In this document: positions 38,952 through 50,670 of the stretch, piece by piece | How positions within the stretch are numbered: the first letter of the stretch is position 1 | How the letters are laid out: every line of letters begins with the position of its first letter | Assembly: GCA_963777605.1 (NCBI GenBank) | Contig: CAVZRV010000007.1 | Span: forward strand, 352,001 to 416,000 | Origin: an uncultured Acidobacteriota bacterium | Lineage (GTDB): Bacteria; Acidobacteriota; UBA6911; RPQK01; JAPXNP01 | DNA: 64,000 bases | Direction: 5' to 3' | Translations under genes and position numbers: made by a program | Notes under the pieces: model-generated | Database searches by the model: none | Seen by the model: only the letters and a program-made list of their open reading frames with translations | What the model was told of the DNA's origin: nothing

Positions 38952-40601
38952 ATGAGCAAGGCGCAGTTGAAACTGCTGGACCCCGGTGGCCAGCAGCCGG
39001 TGTTTGAGCTGGGCAAGGACGAGTTGGTGATCGGCCGCCTGTCCGACTCCGATATTGTCATTACAAACCCCTACGTGTCGCGCAAACATGCGAAGATCAT
39101 CTGTCGCGGCAACACTTACTTCGTCTGCGACCTCAACAGCACCCACGGGACTTTTGTCAACGGCTCACGGGTTTCCGAACAGCGTCTCCTGCCAGGGGAC
39201 CGAATCTCTCTCGGTCACGACCAGGTCCAACTTTTGTTCCAGGGAGCAAACGAGGTCCAGGAGCCCCAAAAAACGCGGCTGAGCCAGGGTGACATGGAGA
39301 AGTCGGTAATGCAGCTGACTTCGGTCATTCCAATGGCTCACACTGAAGCTTCTTACCTGGAGAAGATTTCACACATTCTTGATTTCCAGGTTCACTGGGA
39401 ACAGAGTTTCTCCCCGGAGGACACTTTTCGGCAGATCATTGAGGCCGCGCTCAAGCTGAGTGGCGCAGAACGCGGGTACATCCTGCTGAAGGAAGATCCC
39501 AGCTTCAAATACATCGTCGGCATGAACGGCAACGGTGACCTGCTCAAAGAACAGGACTTCCGCACCAGCCAGACGGTAGTCCAGGAGGTTGTTTCCGGAG
39601 GCCAACCGGTCCTCATGACCCAGAACATCGACCAGGCCTTCGCCCAGCAGCAGAGCATCCTGGCCATGGACCTCCGCGCCGTGGCCTGCATGCCGCTGCG
39701 CTGGATCTCCCCCGACTCGGAAAAGCCGGATGTGCGCGGGATTCTTTACCTCGACAGTACGAAGACGATGCACGCGCTGACCGGACTCGATCAGAAGATC
39801 CTCAACAAACTGGCGGACGAGGCTGCCAACGTCTTCGAGAAACTGGAGATGATCCAGGCGTTCGAGGAGCGAAAGGCCTTCGAAAAGGAACTTGGCCTGG
39901 CCCGCGAGACGCAGACAACGCTGCTTCCAGCGGAACTCCCCAAAATCCCGGGTTTCGAACTGGCGGCATTCAGTCAGCCGACCCGTTATGTGGGCGGTGA
40001 CTTCTATGATTTCCTGCCCCGAGAGGCCTCCGCTATCACCGGTGTCCTTGCCGACGTTTCGGGAAAGGGAATATCCGCTGCTTTGCTTAGTTCACTGGTT
40101 CAGGGTGCTCTCCAGGTCGAATGCCGCTCGGGAAAACCGCTCAATGAAGCGGTGCAACTCGTCAACCTGTACCTCTGCGAGAAGTCGCGCTCGAACCGAT
40201 TCGTCACCCTGTTCCTGTTTAGCATCGCTGGCAACGGGAAGGGTGAATTCATCAGCGCGGGACACAACCCCGCTTACCTCTTTCGTGCCTCGAAGGGGAC
40301 CGTCGAGGAACTTTCATCCCAGGGGCTGATTTTGGGGGCATTCAGCTTCGCGGCCTACTCTGCCGAACCCGTTGAAATGGCCTCCGGCGACATCCTGGTA
40401 GTCTACACCGATGGCATTACGGAAGCGATGAACCCGAAAGACGAGATGTTCGGAGAAGAGCGCCTGGTAAGCTTGATCAGAGAGAATTCGCGAAAGGGCT
40501 GTCACGAATTGGAGCGAATCATCCTGAAAGCCATACAGGATTTCACCGAGGGACGGGCTCAGACTGATGACATGACCATGGTCATCGTCCAGATGAAATG
40601 A
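38952..40601 (+). CDS. FHA-GAF-SpoIIE (PP2C) phosphatase
   Basis: FHA (IGR..VSRKHA..DLNSTHGTFVNG), GAF (GILYLDS) and PP2C (VGGDFYD, DVSGKG, YTDGITE, DDMT). Confidence 0.94.
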   Translation: MSKAQLKLLDPGGQQPVFELGKDELVIGRLSDSDIVITNPYVSRKHAKIICRGNTYFVCDLNSTHGTFVNGSRVSEQRLLPGDRISLGHDQVQLLFQGANEVQEPQKTRLSQGDMEKSVMQLTSVIPMAHTEASYLEKISHILDFQVHWEQSFSPEDTFRQIIEAALKLSGAERGYILLKEDPSFKYIVGMNGNGDLLKEQDFRTSQTVVQEVVSGGQPVLMTQNIDQAFAQQQSILAMDLRAVACMPLRWISPDSEKPDVRGILYLDSTKTMHALTGLDQKILNKLADEAANVFEKLEMIQAFEERKAFEKELGLARETQTTLLPAELPKIPGFELAAFSQPTRYVGGDFYDFLPREASAITGVLADVSGKGISAALLSSLVQGALQVECRSGKPLNEAVQLVNLYLCEKSRSNRFVTLFLFSIAGNGKGEFISAGHNPAYLFRASKGTVEELSSQGLILGAFSFAAYSAEPVEMASGDILVVYTDGITEAMNPKDEMFGEERLVSLIRENSRKGCHELERIILKAIQDFTEGRAQTDDMTMVIVQMK

Positions 40602-42003
40602 CTTCCCCGTTATGGGGAGCGTGAGTGTAAACGAGCCTATCCAGCACCCGCGAGAAAAGGCCGAGCCCAAATTTGAAATCCTCGACGGAAATCCGCTCAT
40701 TCCGGCCATGAATTCCCCGCCCGTATTCGGCCACGTGCCGGAAAGGCGAGAATCCGTATGCTGGAATGCCGCGCTCGCGGAACAGCCGGCTGTCGGTGAA
40801 TCCGGGCGAGACGGAGGGACCGACTTCCGCGTCGAGTCCAATCTCTTCGAGAGACTGGGCAATCGCCCGCACGAGTTCGACTTTCTCGGGCGACCGACTG
40901 GGATGGACTTCCAGCAGCGGCTCCAGCTCAATGGCTGGATCATCTATGACCACCACCAACTCCCGGAGGAACTCCCCCGGGTCGGTACCGGGAAGAAGCC
41001 TGCAGTCAAGTTCGGCCCATGCCAGTGAAGGAATGCTGTTCACCGTGTCTCCGGCTCTGAGTACCGTCGTATGCACTGTGTTCTGCAGGAGCGCCTGAAA
41101 ATAGGGTCCAAGGCGAAAAGGATCGAACTCAGGGTTGAGAACCGCAGAACGGATATCCTGAAGAATCGGCCTTATCTCCCGGGGCTCGAAGCGGGCGATT
41201 CTCCGGAAGAAGCGCTCCACCGTGGGCTCGACTCGCAGTGGTGGCCGGTATCTCCCGATCCGCTCGAGTGCCCGAATCAGCCGATCGACCGGCGAATCGG
41301 CTGAGGCCAGAGCCGCGTGCCCACCGACACCTCTCACCGACAATCTCAACCAGAGAGGGGCTTTCTGCGCGACCTCGATTCCAACGTAGGAAAGGCTCCC
41401 TGAGTTCTCGACGTTTGATCCGCCTTCGTTCAAAACCAGCCCGGCCTCCCGAAAGCGATCGAAGTAATTGTCCAGCAGCCAGGCGGTTCCCAGGCGGCTG
41501 CCGGCCTCCTCATCTGCGGATGCGATCAGGATGACGTCGCGAGAGAGAGGCATTCCGCTGCGCTTGAGGCGGAGAAACGACATCAGGTGAACGACCCCGA
41601 GGCCTTTCATGTCGAGCGCCCCACGTCCCCAGATGGCACCCTCCCGGATCTCTCCCGAAAAAGAGTCTTCATCTCCCTCGGCCGGCGGGACGACGTCGAG
41701 GTGCTGGAGCAGAATCAGTGGCCGGCGTTCATCACTCCCCTTGAGGCGAGCGATCAAAGTCGCCCTGCCCGGCACGGGTTCAAAGATCTCGTAAGGGATC
41801 TGCTCCCGGTCCAGGACATCCGCGATATAGAGGGCGGCCTCGAGTTCGTTCCCGGGAGGGTTGGAAGTGTCGATCTTCAGGTAACCAGAAAGGACGTCGA
41901 TCCCTTCCTTTGCAAATGCAGCATCCAGCGTCGGGCGCTGGGCAACCAGCAAGCCCAAATGGAAGCAAAAAGTAGTTAGCCCGACAACAAGAATTCGGAA
42001 CAT
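40582..42003 (-). CDS. Secreted M20/M25/M40 family metallopeptidase
   Basis: HLDVVP, GRGALDMKG, DEEAG, NEGG and HGRNERI. Confidence 0.92.
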   Translation of the reverse strand: MFRILVVGLTTFCFHLGLLVAQRPTLDAAFAKEGIDVLSGYLKIDTSNPPGNELEAALYIADVLDREQIPYEIFEPVPGRATLIARLKGSDERRPLILLQHLDVVPPAEGDEDSFSGEIREGAIWGRGALDMKGLGVVHLMSFLRLKRSGMPLSRDVILIASADEEAGSRLGTAWLLDNYFDRFREAGLVLNEGGSNVENSGSLSYVGIEVAQKAPLWLRLSVRGVGGHAALASADSPVDRLIRALERIGRYRPPLRVEPTVERFFRRIARFEPREIRPILQDIRSAVLNPEFDPFRLGPYFQALLQNTVHTTVLRAGDTVNSIPSLAWAELDCRLLPGTDPGEFLRELVVVIDDPAIELEPLLEVHPSRSPEKVELVRAIAQSLEEIGLDAEVGPSVSPGFTDSRLFRERGIPAYGFSPFRHVAEYGRGIHGRNERISVEDFKFGLGLFSRVLDRLVYTHAPHNGEVISSGR

Positions 42004-42058
42004 CACCCCATCCGGTCCGCGATAGATCTCATTATATGGCAAGGCTGGTCGGGCCGAT

Positions 42059-42550
42059 TCACCTACCGGAGAAGAGATCGATTTGGCGGGCCGCTTCGTA
42101 AGCCACAATTGCTGCCGCGCTCGACAGGTTCAGGCTGCGCACTCCCGAGCTTCGCATCGGAATTTTCCGGTGGCTGGCCGAATAGTTGGCAAGCAACCAG
42201 TCAGGCAACCCCTTGGTCTCACTACCAAACACGAGATAATCACCCGGCTTGTACCGAACCTCGGCGTACGAGACCGCCGCCCGCTTCGTCAAGAGGTGAA
42301 CATCCTCCGGTGCCAGCCCTGCAAAGAAGGCCTCCACATCCGGGCAGACATTCACGTCTACGAGATGCCAGTAATCCAATCCGGCTCGCTTCAGATAGCG
42401 GTTGGAAATCTCGAATCCCAGTTCCCCGACCAGGAAAAGGGGGACCTGGAGAGCTGCACAGAGTCTCGCCACGTTCCCCGTGTTGGGCGGAATCTGCGGC
42501 TGAACCAGTACAATCTTGGGCCCGGCTTTCATTTTCTTCCCCGATTTCAC
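42059..42550 (-). CDS. trmL: tRNA (cytidine34-2'-O)-methyltransferase
   Basis: PQIPPNTGNVAR, KRAGLDYW, FGSETKGLP and RSLNLS. Confidence 0.95.
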   Translation of the reverse strand: MKSGKKMKAGPKIVLVQPQIPPNTGNVARLCAALQVPLFLVGELGFEISNRYLKRAGLDYWHLVDVNVCPDVEAFFAGLAPEDVHLLTKRAAVSYAEVRYKPGDYLVFGSETKGLPDWLLANYSASHRKIPMRSSGVRSLNLSSAAAIVAYEAARQIDLFSGR

Positions 42551-43470
42551 AATCTGACGTCAATCCCGACAACTTCCCGGATACGGTCTTCGAGAATGCA
42601 ACTCCTCCCGCTCGCGATCAATCCCAGATCGACAGCAGCGTTTCCAGGCAGGGCAGCACGGGGAGCCAGACCAACGATCTCAGAACCGAGCACCTCAAGT
42701 CCCGAACCTGCCGCCAACCGCCGGACAGCACGCAGAGCTTGCAGGGGAGCGGTTCGGCGAAACTCAACCAGGTTCATAGAAATTTGCGAGAGTTGGCGGT
42801 TGGTCAGTTGAAGACCGAGGGCCCTCACACCAGGAAGCCCTCCGGTACGCTCGCGAATCTGCCTCGCGATCAGCCGGAGGAGCGGCAACTCGGCCAGTTT
42901 CAGAAACACGTTAAAGGCAATCAGCACATGACGGGCACCCACGATCGTCGCTCCGGCCGTTGCATGGACGTGGTCCGGCCCGAAGTCGGGTTGCCTCAAA
43001 CCGGTCAGCCGGCCCTCCGCCTTGAGCCCCTCGAACTGGCCACGGCGTATCTGGGAAAGTTCTGTCCGATCGCCTCGCCTCGAAGCGAGTCCGTAGAGGT
43101 AGACAGGAACCGCCCACTCGGAAGCGAGCCGTTCTGCGAACTCGAGCGACATATCGACGCAATCACTCACTGTGACACCCTGCAACGGGATGAACGGGAC
43201 GACATCAACGGCTCCGATTCGCGGGTGGACTCCCTCGTGGAGATTCAAATCAATCGATTTCACTGCAGCGACGGCCAGCCGATAGGTCCCCTCCAGGACC
43301 TCCTTGGGCGCTCCAACTACGGTAAATACTCCTCGATTATGGTCGGCATCGCGATGAACATCGAGCAGGAAACAGCCCGGCACCTGTTCGACGGCGTCAC
43401 GGAACCGCGCGATCGCGCCCGGATCCCGTCCTTCGCTCAGATTCACAACAGATTCAACCAGAGGACTCAT
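42547..43470 (-). CDS. ftcD: Glutamate formimidoyltransferase
   Basis: VE.V.N.SEGRD, D.DHNR, HEGVHPRIGAVDVVPF and IRRGQFEGL. Confidence 0.9.
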   Translation of the reverse strand: MSPLVESVVNLSEGRDPGAIARFRDAVEQVPGCFLLDVHRDADHNRGVFTVVGAPKEVLEGTYRLAVAAVKSIDLNLHEGVHPRIGAVDVVPFIPLQGVTVSDCVDMSLEFAERLASEWAVPVYLYGLASRRGDRTELSQIRRGQFEGLKAEGRLTGLRQPDFGPDHVHATAGATIVGARHVLIAFNVFLKLAELPLLRLIARQIRERTGGLPGVRALGLQLTNRQLSQISMNLVEFRRTAPLQALRAVRRLAAGSGLEVLGSEIVGLAPRAALPGNAAVDLGLIASGRSCILEDRIREVVGIDVRL

Positions 43471-43599
43471 TGCAGTGACTTCCCAGTCGCCCGCAAAAAT
43501 ATATCGAGAGCAGAAAGGCCGTCCCCGAGATCTCTCCGATCAGGGCAGTTTCGACCCTGATCGACACCGCGGACTTCGGCCGGATGTACACCCGGAACC

Positions 43600-44922
43600 T
43601 CATCCCTCCGGAACCACCTCGAGCGAGAGATCCAGAATCTGGAGATTTTTCATCCCCACAACCCGCACCCGGTAGTTGCCCGCCACCACGACTTCGTCTC
43701 CGACCTTCGCCGTCCTCCCGAGAATCATCATGACGTGGCCCGCGATAGTGTCGTTTTCATCATCATCGAATTCAATCCCGAGTTCGTGACTCAAGTCGTC
43801 GAGAAGAGTCCTTCCGTGCACCAGGTACTGTCCTTCGCCCGTCTTCTGAATCATTGCCGGGGGTGCTTCCACATCGAACTCATCCTGGATTTCTCCGACC
43901 AGTTCCTCCAGGATGTCCTCCAACGTGACGATGCCGATCGCTGAACCGAACTCGTCCACGACAATCGACAGATGCGTCCGCGTCTTTCGAAATTCGGGAA
44001 GCAAGGACTTGATTAACTTGCTCTCGGGAACGAATCGAACCGGACGCTTGATCAGCTTCAGTTCGAAATCCGGTCCCAAGTCCTGATATCTCCAGAACAG
44101 ATCTTTGACGTGCACCAAACCGACGACTTTATCCAGGCTCCCTTCGCAGATGGGGTAGCGGGTGTGGCGACGGGTTCGGGCCGTCCTCAGGTTTTCCTCA
44201 AAGCTCAATTCCGTGTTCAAAAAGACAACCTCACCGGACGGGACCATTATTTGGCGGACCGACCGGTCTCCGAATTCGAAAACCCGTTCGAGCATTTTCT
44301 GCTCTTCCAGATCGAGAATTCCCTCCTGGCTGGAATGGGCCAGAATCATCCTCAACTCTTCCTCTGAGTGAGCCGCCTCAGACTCGGTGGCAGGCTGAAC
44401 GCCGATGAGTTTCAATAGGCCGTTGGCGGCCGAGTTGAGGGACCAGATGAAAGGGTACGAGATCTTGTAAAAAAGGATCAAAGGCCCAGCCGTCCCGAGG
44501 ACAACCGGTACTGGCTTCTGGATCGCCAGCGATTTGGGAGCCAGTTCACCGAGGACAATATGAAGAAACGTGATCAGGGCGAAAGCCGCACCGGCGGCCA
44601 GGCTGTGTGTCAAGACCGGCTCGAACCAGCCGGTGAATTCGAACAACGGAGCGAACAACTCGGCGAATGCGGGTTCTCCAAGCCACCCGAGCCCGAGACT
44701 GGTAAGAGTGATCCCCAACTGCGTTGCGGAGAGATACTCGTCCATCTGAGTAACCAGAAGGTGGGCGCGACGCGCACGAGGTTTGCCCAGACGGATAAGT
44801 TCTTCGATCCTGGTGGCGCGGACCTTCACGATCGAAAACTCGGCAGAAACGAAAAAACCGTTGAGGAAGACCAGCGCCATGGCGGCAGCAACGAGAAACA
44901 GCTGGTTCGAAAGGTGGTCCAT
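43600..44922 (-). CDS. Hemolysin family CNNM/CBS/CorC protein
   Basis: NGFFVSAEF, QLGIT, GELAPK and VVDEFG..GIVTLEDILEELVGEIQDEFD. Confidence 0.95.
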   Translation of the reverse strand: MDHLSNQLFLVAAAMALVFLNGFFVSAEFSIVKVRATRIEELIRLGKPRARRAHLLVTQMDEYLSATQLGITLTSLGLGWLGEPAFAELFAPLFEFTGWFEPVLTHSLAAGAAFALITFLHIVLGELAPKSLAIQKPVPVVLGTAGPLILFYKISYPFIWSLNSAANGLLKLIGVQPATESEAAHSEEELRMILAHSSQEGILDLEEQKMLERVFEFGDRSVRQIMVPSGEVVFLNTELSFEENLRTARTRRHTRYPICEGSLDKVVGLVHVKDLFWRYQDLGPDFELKLIKRPVRFVPESKLIKSLLPEFRKTRTHLSIVVDEFGSAIGIVTLEDILEELVGEIQDEFDVEAPPAMIQKTGEGQYLVHGRTLLDDLSHELGIEFDDDENDTIAGHVMMILGRTAKVGDEVVVAGNYRVRVVGMKNLQILDLSLEVVPEG

Positions 44923-45041
44923 GGCCGTGGATTGTACAGCACTTGGCCGAAAGCTCGCGCTTGAACCATTTGAACACTTCACGCATCTTTGTGTATTGTG
45001 CGGAACGTTGTCATGGAATGAGAGATCAGGAGGTTACCCGT

Positions 45042-45902
45042 ATGATTCACAGAACTGCTGTCTTCGTTTGCCTCCTGGTCCTGTCATCCCTGCCGACGCT
45101 GGCCCAATCTGGTCAGAACTCGGATCGTCCCGCTCCGGCACCCCGCCCGACTTCTCGTCCAACTTCGCCGGTAACTCCCTCCGTCGGCCAATCCGGGCCT
45201 ATCGTCGGACGAACAGTGCCCGGCTTCGGCCGGGCAACAAGCCGCACCATTCCCGGCATATCGGGTGAGGACTTCGGCGCTTCCAAGCCAGCCGTTATGC
45301 CTACTCAAACCTACGGATGGGGTTCCTTCATCGACTACCACGGATGGTACCGCTGCAACCTGTTTTTGGAGCGGCTGTACGGCCTCTACTCATTTCTGCC
45401 TGTGAATGACTACCTCTGGCGATACGCACAGGGGGACTCCGCGTTGACTCCCGAGGCCGTTCGCTTCGCCCTGCGTGATTCTGTGACGGCGTCAAGCAGC
45501 CTCCAACAACTGGGCCAGGATCTCGATGATCTGATCGACGCCTACTCCCGCGGAGACATGACCCGGGAAGAGTTTTCAGAGCAGCTGTCTGCCACGACCA
45601 AAGAGATCAGGAAATCGGCCAAGAAGATCCGCAAAGACCGCTTCCTCGACTACCTGGACCAAGGTGCCTCCCGCGACGTCCCAAACTATGCCCAGGCGAG
45701 GAGCCTTGCACAACTGCGATCCCTCAGCGCGGCGCTCCAGCAGACCAGCGAGCAGATCGGCGACACGCTGGCCGATTACCTGGCACGGGATCGCACTCGC
45801 GTTGTCTCGGTGGACCAGCTTCAGTCCATCTCGACTGAGACCCTCTCCAAGCAGGTGGACCAGATGGCCAAGGCAATCGAAAAGTCCGGTCGAACTCTTT
45901 AG
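45042..45902 (+). CDS. Secreted hypothetical protein
   Basis: RBS GGAGG, signal peptide (..PTLA-Q), Pro/Ser-rich linker, helical C-terminus. Confidence 0.75.
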   Translation: MIHRTAVFVCLLVLSSLPTLAQSGQNSDRPAPAPRPTSRPTSPVTPSVGQSGPIVGRTVPGFGRATSRTIPGISGEDFGASKPAVMPTQTYGWGSFIDYHGWYRCNLFLERLYGLYSFLPVNDYLWRYAQGDSALTPEAVRFALRDSVTASSSLQQLGQDLDDLIDAYSRGDMTREEFSEQLSATTKEIRKSAKKIRKDRFLDYLDQGASRDVPNYAQARSLAQLRSLSAALQQTSEQIGDTLADYLARDRTRVVSVDQLQSISTETLSKQVDQMAKAIEKSGRTL

Positions 45903-45918
45903 AGAGATAGCGGGGAAC

Positions 45919-46665
45919 TCACCCATATCGGACGCTGGCCCGGGCCACGGTGAGGACTCCAACCCACTCACAATGTCTCCGTTTGAGGAGTGATGCCATT
46001 TCGGCCACCGTCGTTCCCGTAGTCAGTATGTCATCGACCAGGAGATACCGATGCCCCGAAAGATCGGAGTCGCCATCCAGGGTAAATGCTCCTTTGAGAT
46101 TGCGACGCCGTGAAGCAGGATCGAGCCCGTACTGAGGGCGAGTGTTGCGGTTCCTCCGTACCGGCTGTTCGATTGGCAGGTCCAGTATCTTCGAGAGTTT
46201 CCAGGCAAGGGCAAGCGTCTGGTCGAATCCCCGCTCGCGGACCCGGCGGGAATGGATCGGGACAGGAACAAGTCCGCTAACCCCTGCATCCATGAACTCC
46301 CGGGAGAAGCTCTCGGACAGGAGTTCGGCAAGAGGGCCGTCCAGACGGCGACTTCCACGGAACTTGAATTCCCACAGGAGCGTCCTCAGAGATCCCTCGT
46401 AAGGCCCCCAGGACGCCGCCTTGTCGAACGGATAGTTCTCGACCCTGCAACGCGAACAGGGATTGCCGACACTCAAAAGATCTCCCGGAACGGGAATTCC
46501 GCAGTACGGACAGGTGGGGAGCCAGTGACCCCGGAGTTCCGAGTTGCAGGAATGACAAAGGGGCCGACCATCTGGCTCAACAGTCCACTTCCGGCAAAGG
46601 ACACAGGACTGAGGATAAAGAAAGCCGAGAAACAGGCGTCTGCATCCATTAAGCCAGGTCATCAA
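45919..46665 (-). CDS. comF: ComF family protein (double zinc ribbon plus PRTase)
   Basis: Four CxxC pairs, VPVP, RGFDQ and LVDDILTTGTT. Confidence 0.9.
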   Translation of the reverse strand: MMTWLNGCRRLFLGFLYPQSCVLCRKWTVEPDGRPLCHSCNSELRGHWLPTCPYCGIPVPGDLLSVGNPCSRCRVENYPFDKAASWGPYEGSLRTLLWEFKFRGSRRLDGPLAELLSESFSREFMDAGVSGLVPVPIHSRRVRERGFDQTLALAWKLSKILDLPIEQPVRRNRNTRPQYGLDPASRRRNLKGAFTLDGDSDLSGHRYLLVDDILTTGTTVAEMASLLKRRHCEWVGVLTVARASVRYG

Positions 46666-46820
46666 CCTGTATTAACGAATGAGGGTCACACAAGTGCGAG
46701 TCGAAGTTCCCCGGAGAGTGCCACCCGATGGGCTCGAAGAAAACCGGGGACCGGCTGGCCTGCCCGTTCGCCGGATCAGCCCAAGCCGAACCGTCCCACT
46801 CGTTCTCGCAACAACCCTGC

Positions 46821-47177
46821 CTAGAATCGCCTCCGCTCTTCCCGTTCCTGTGCCTTGACACTGAGCTTGGCCCAAGGCACCGCTTCCAGACGCTTCTTGT
46901 CAATGGGCTCCCCACTATGAAGACAGATCCCGTAGGTCCCCTCCTCAATCCGCTTGAGCGCCGCCTCAATTTCCTGGAGAACCTTGCGATCGACACTGCT
47001 CAGGCTGAAGAGAAACTCTTTCGTATAGGTACTCGCCGCCTGGTCGAGCGGATCCATGGTCTCATCGGCGGTGTCACTGTCTCGCCCGTAGCTTTCTGTC
47101 TTGCGAACCCTACTTAGAACTTCGGCCCTGGCCGCCAACAGCTTCTCTTTGAAATGCTCAAGATCAAGCTCTTCCAA
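46821..47177 (-). CDS. dksA: TraR/DksA family regulator lacking the 4-Cys zinc finger
   Basis: Coiled-coil tip DPLDQA and ALKRIEEGTYGICLHSGEPI..RLEAVPWA.LSV. Confidence 0.88.
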   Translation of the reverse strand: MEELDLEHFKEKLLAARAEVLSRVRKTESYGRDSDTADETMDPLDQAASTYTKEFLFSLSSVDRKVLQEIEAALKRIEEGTYGICLHSGEPIDKKRLEAVPWAKLSVKAQEREERRRF

Positions 47178-47189
47178 TCTCTTCCTCCG

Positions 47190-47660
47190 TCAACGGTGAT
47201 AGGGCAGCCCCTTGAGAATCGACAAGGCCCGGTAAACTTGTTCGAGCAAGACCACTCGAGCCAGTTCATGGGGCAGCGTGAATCGACTCAGCGAGAGTCG
47301 AAAGTCGCTCTGACCCAGCAACTGACCAGAGAGTCCGAGATGACCGCCACATACAAAAGCAACCTCCTGAACGGGACCAACCAGCATTTCATTCAGGAAG
47401 TCTGAAAACTGCACGCTGGTCAATTCTTTGCCCGACTCGTCCAGTGCCACCAGATAGGTCCCATCCTTGAGCTTCCGACGTACAGCACCAAGTTCCCGGT
47501 TCAAGCCGGAACTGTGTGCCCGAGGATCGGTCTTCCTGGCTTCGCGAATCGAAACTTGCTCACACGGAACGCTCCGCCGAATTCGATTCAGATAATCCTC
47601 TTCGGCACTCGCATAGCAGGAATTTCTGGTAGCGCCAACCCACAGGAATTTTAACTGCAC
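47190..47660 (-). CDS. rlmH: 23S rRNA pseudouridine1915-N3 methyltransferase
   Basis: SLSRFTLPHELARVVLLEQVYRA..PYHR. Confidence 0.95.
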   Translation of the reverse strand: MQLKFLWVGATRNSCYASAEEDYLNRIRRSVPCEQVSIREARKTDPRAHSSGLNRELGAVRRKLKDGTYLVALDESGKELTSVQFSDFLNEMLVGPVQEVAFVCGGHLGLSGQLLGQSDFRLSLSRFTLPHELARVVLLEQVYRALSILKGLPYHR

Positions 47661-47732
47661 GTCAGAAAAAGATTCCCAAATCTACACAATTCGCACATCC
47701 AGAGCAACCCTGAACAGAACTTTTCCACTGTC

Positions 47733-48087
47733 CTATACGGTCAAAGCAGCCGGTTCGAGACGAACTCCATCGTGCCAGAGGCGTTCCAGTTTGTAGTAGT
47801 TTCGAGCGTCCTGCGAGAAGATGTGCACCACACAATCGAGGTAGTCCATGAGAATCCATTCGGCTTCCTGGTACCCTTCAACGTGAGCAGGGCTGGTCTG
47901 CTCATCCTTCTTCAGCCGTTCTTTGATCCCATCGCAAATGGCCTGATTCTGGCGTTGATTGTTCCCGCTGCAAAGGACGAAGTAGTCCGCGAAAGAGGAG
48001 ATTTTCGAGATGTCCATTACGACAATGGACTCGCCCTTCTTCTCTTCGATGGCGTCGCAGACCTTTTTCAGCATTTCCTTCCTGTTT

Positions 48088-48095
<8 letters not shown>
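47733..48095 (-). CDS. rsfS: Ribosome silencing factor
   Basis: ADYFVLCSG, WILMDY..VVHIF..R.YY.LERLW; follows nadD. Confidence 0.95.
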
Positions 48096-49766
<1,671 letters not shown>

Positions 49767-49780
49767 CTAACCGGGGCAAC

Positions 49781-49817
49781 AAAAAAGGCCGCGAGGAACG
49801 AACGTCCCCCCGCGGCC
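49781..49817 (-). terminator. Intrinsic terminator after rpmA
   Basis: On the minus strand, a GGCCGCG...CGCGGCC stem is followed by TTTTTT. Confidence 0.8.
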
Positions 49818-49836
49818 CATAAGGCGCGCCAATGTC

Positions 49837-50094
49837 CTAGTTGATCGACTCAACCAGAACGAACTTGCCCATCCGGCCTCGCCGCTGAAACTTGACGTAG
49901 CCGTCAACCAGTGCAAAAAGCGTGTCATCTTTTCCACGACGAACATTCAAGCCGGGCTTGAACGGTGTTCCCCGCTGCCGTACCAGAATTGAACCTGCGG
50001 TGACGAACTGCCCGTCGAACCGCTTAACCCCAAGCCGCTGAGACTGGCTGTCCCTCCCGTTCTTGGAGCTTCCGAGACCTTTCTTATGTGCCAT
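49837..50094 (-). CDS. rpmA: 50S ribosomal protein L27
   Basis: [21 protein letters not shown]. Confidence 0.99.
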   Translation of the reverse strand: MAHKKGLGSSKNGRDSQSQRLGVKRFDGQFVTAGSILVRQRGTPFKPGLNVRRGKDDTLFALVDGYVKFQRRGRMGKFVLVESIN

Positions 50095-50184
50095 GGTTCG
50101 TTACCTCTCTTGATCTGCCGGCACTCGTCCCTGCGGAATCAGCCCTCCGGCATCAAAGGCCGCGACTTTGCTGTCGGCAGCAGC

Positions 50185-50523
50185 CTACGCCTCACCCTCA
50201 GTCGATCCCTCGGGGGCACGAATCTCCTCAATCCGCACCCGGGTCAAAAACTGACGGTGGCCGTTCTTTCTCCGATACATCTTCCGGCGCTTAAACTTGA
50301 AGATGATGACCTTTTCACCCTTGCCCTGTTCGAGGATCGTGCCCACCACCCGGGCCGACGGGACAGTCGGGCGGCCAACTACCGGAGTCTCACCATCTTC
50401 CAGGAAGAGCACCTGGTCAAAAACCACTTCGTCTCCGACGTCACCCGCGAGCTTCTCAACTTCAACCACGTCGCCCGCTTTGAGCCGGTACTGTTTGCCA
50501 CCACTATTGATAACTGCGTACAT
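50185..50523 (-). CDS. rplU: 50S ribosomal protein L21
   Basis: MYAVI.SGGKQY..GHRQ..T. Confidence 0.99.
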   Translation of the reverse strand: MYAVINSGGKQYRLKAGDVVEVEKLAGDVGDEVVFDQVLFLEDGETPVVGRPTVPSARVVGTILEQGKGEKVIIFKFKRRKMYRRKNGHRQFLTRVRIEEIRAPEGSTEGEA

Positions 50524-50588
50524 CAGATTACCTCGACCGTCAAGAAGCCGTACCTTCTCTATTCACCCGTATGGGCCGAAAGGTGCAG

Positions 50589-50618
50589 ATTATAACGACA
50601 ACCTGAACGCGGTGTCAA
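50589..50618 (-). promoter_or_regulatory. Sigma70 promoter of rplU
   Basis: Perfect TTGACA-18 nt-TATAAT on the minus strand. Confidence 0.85.
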
Positions 50619-50670
50619 AGAGAGTCGCTGACCCGCGATCAAACTTTCCTCGACAACCGGAACAGTTGCC

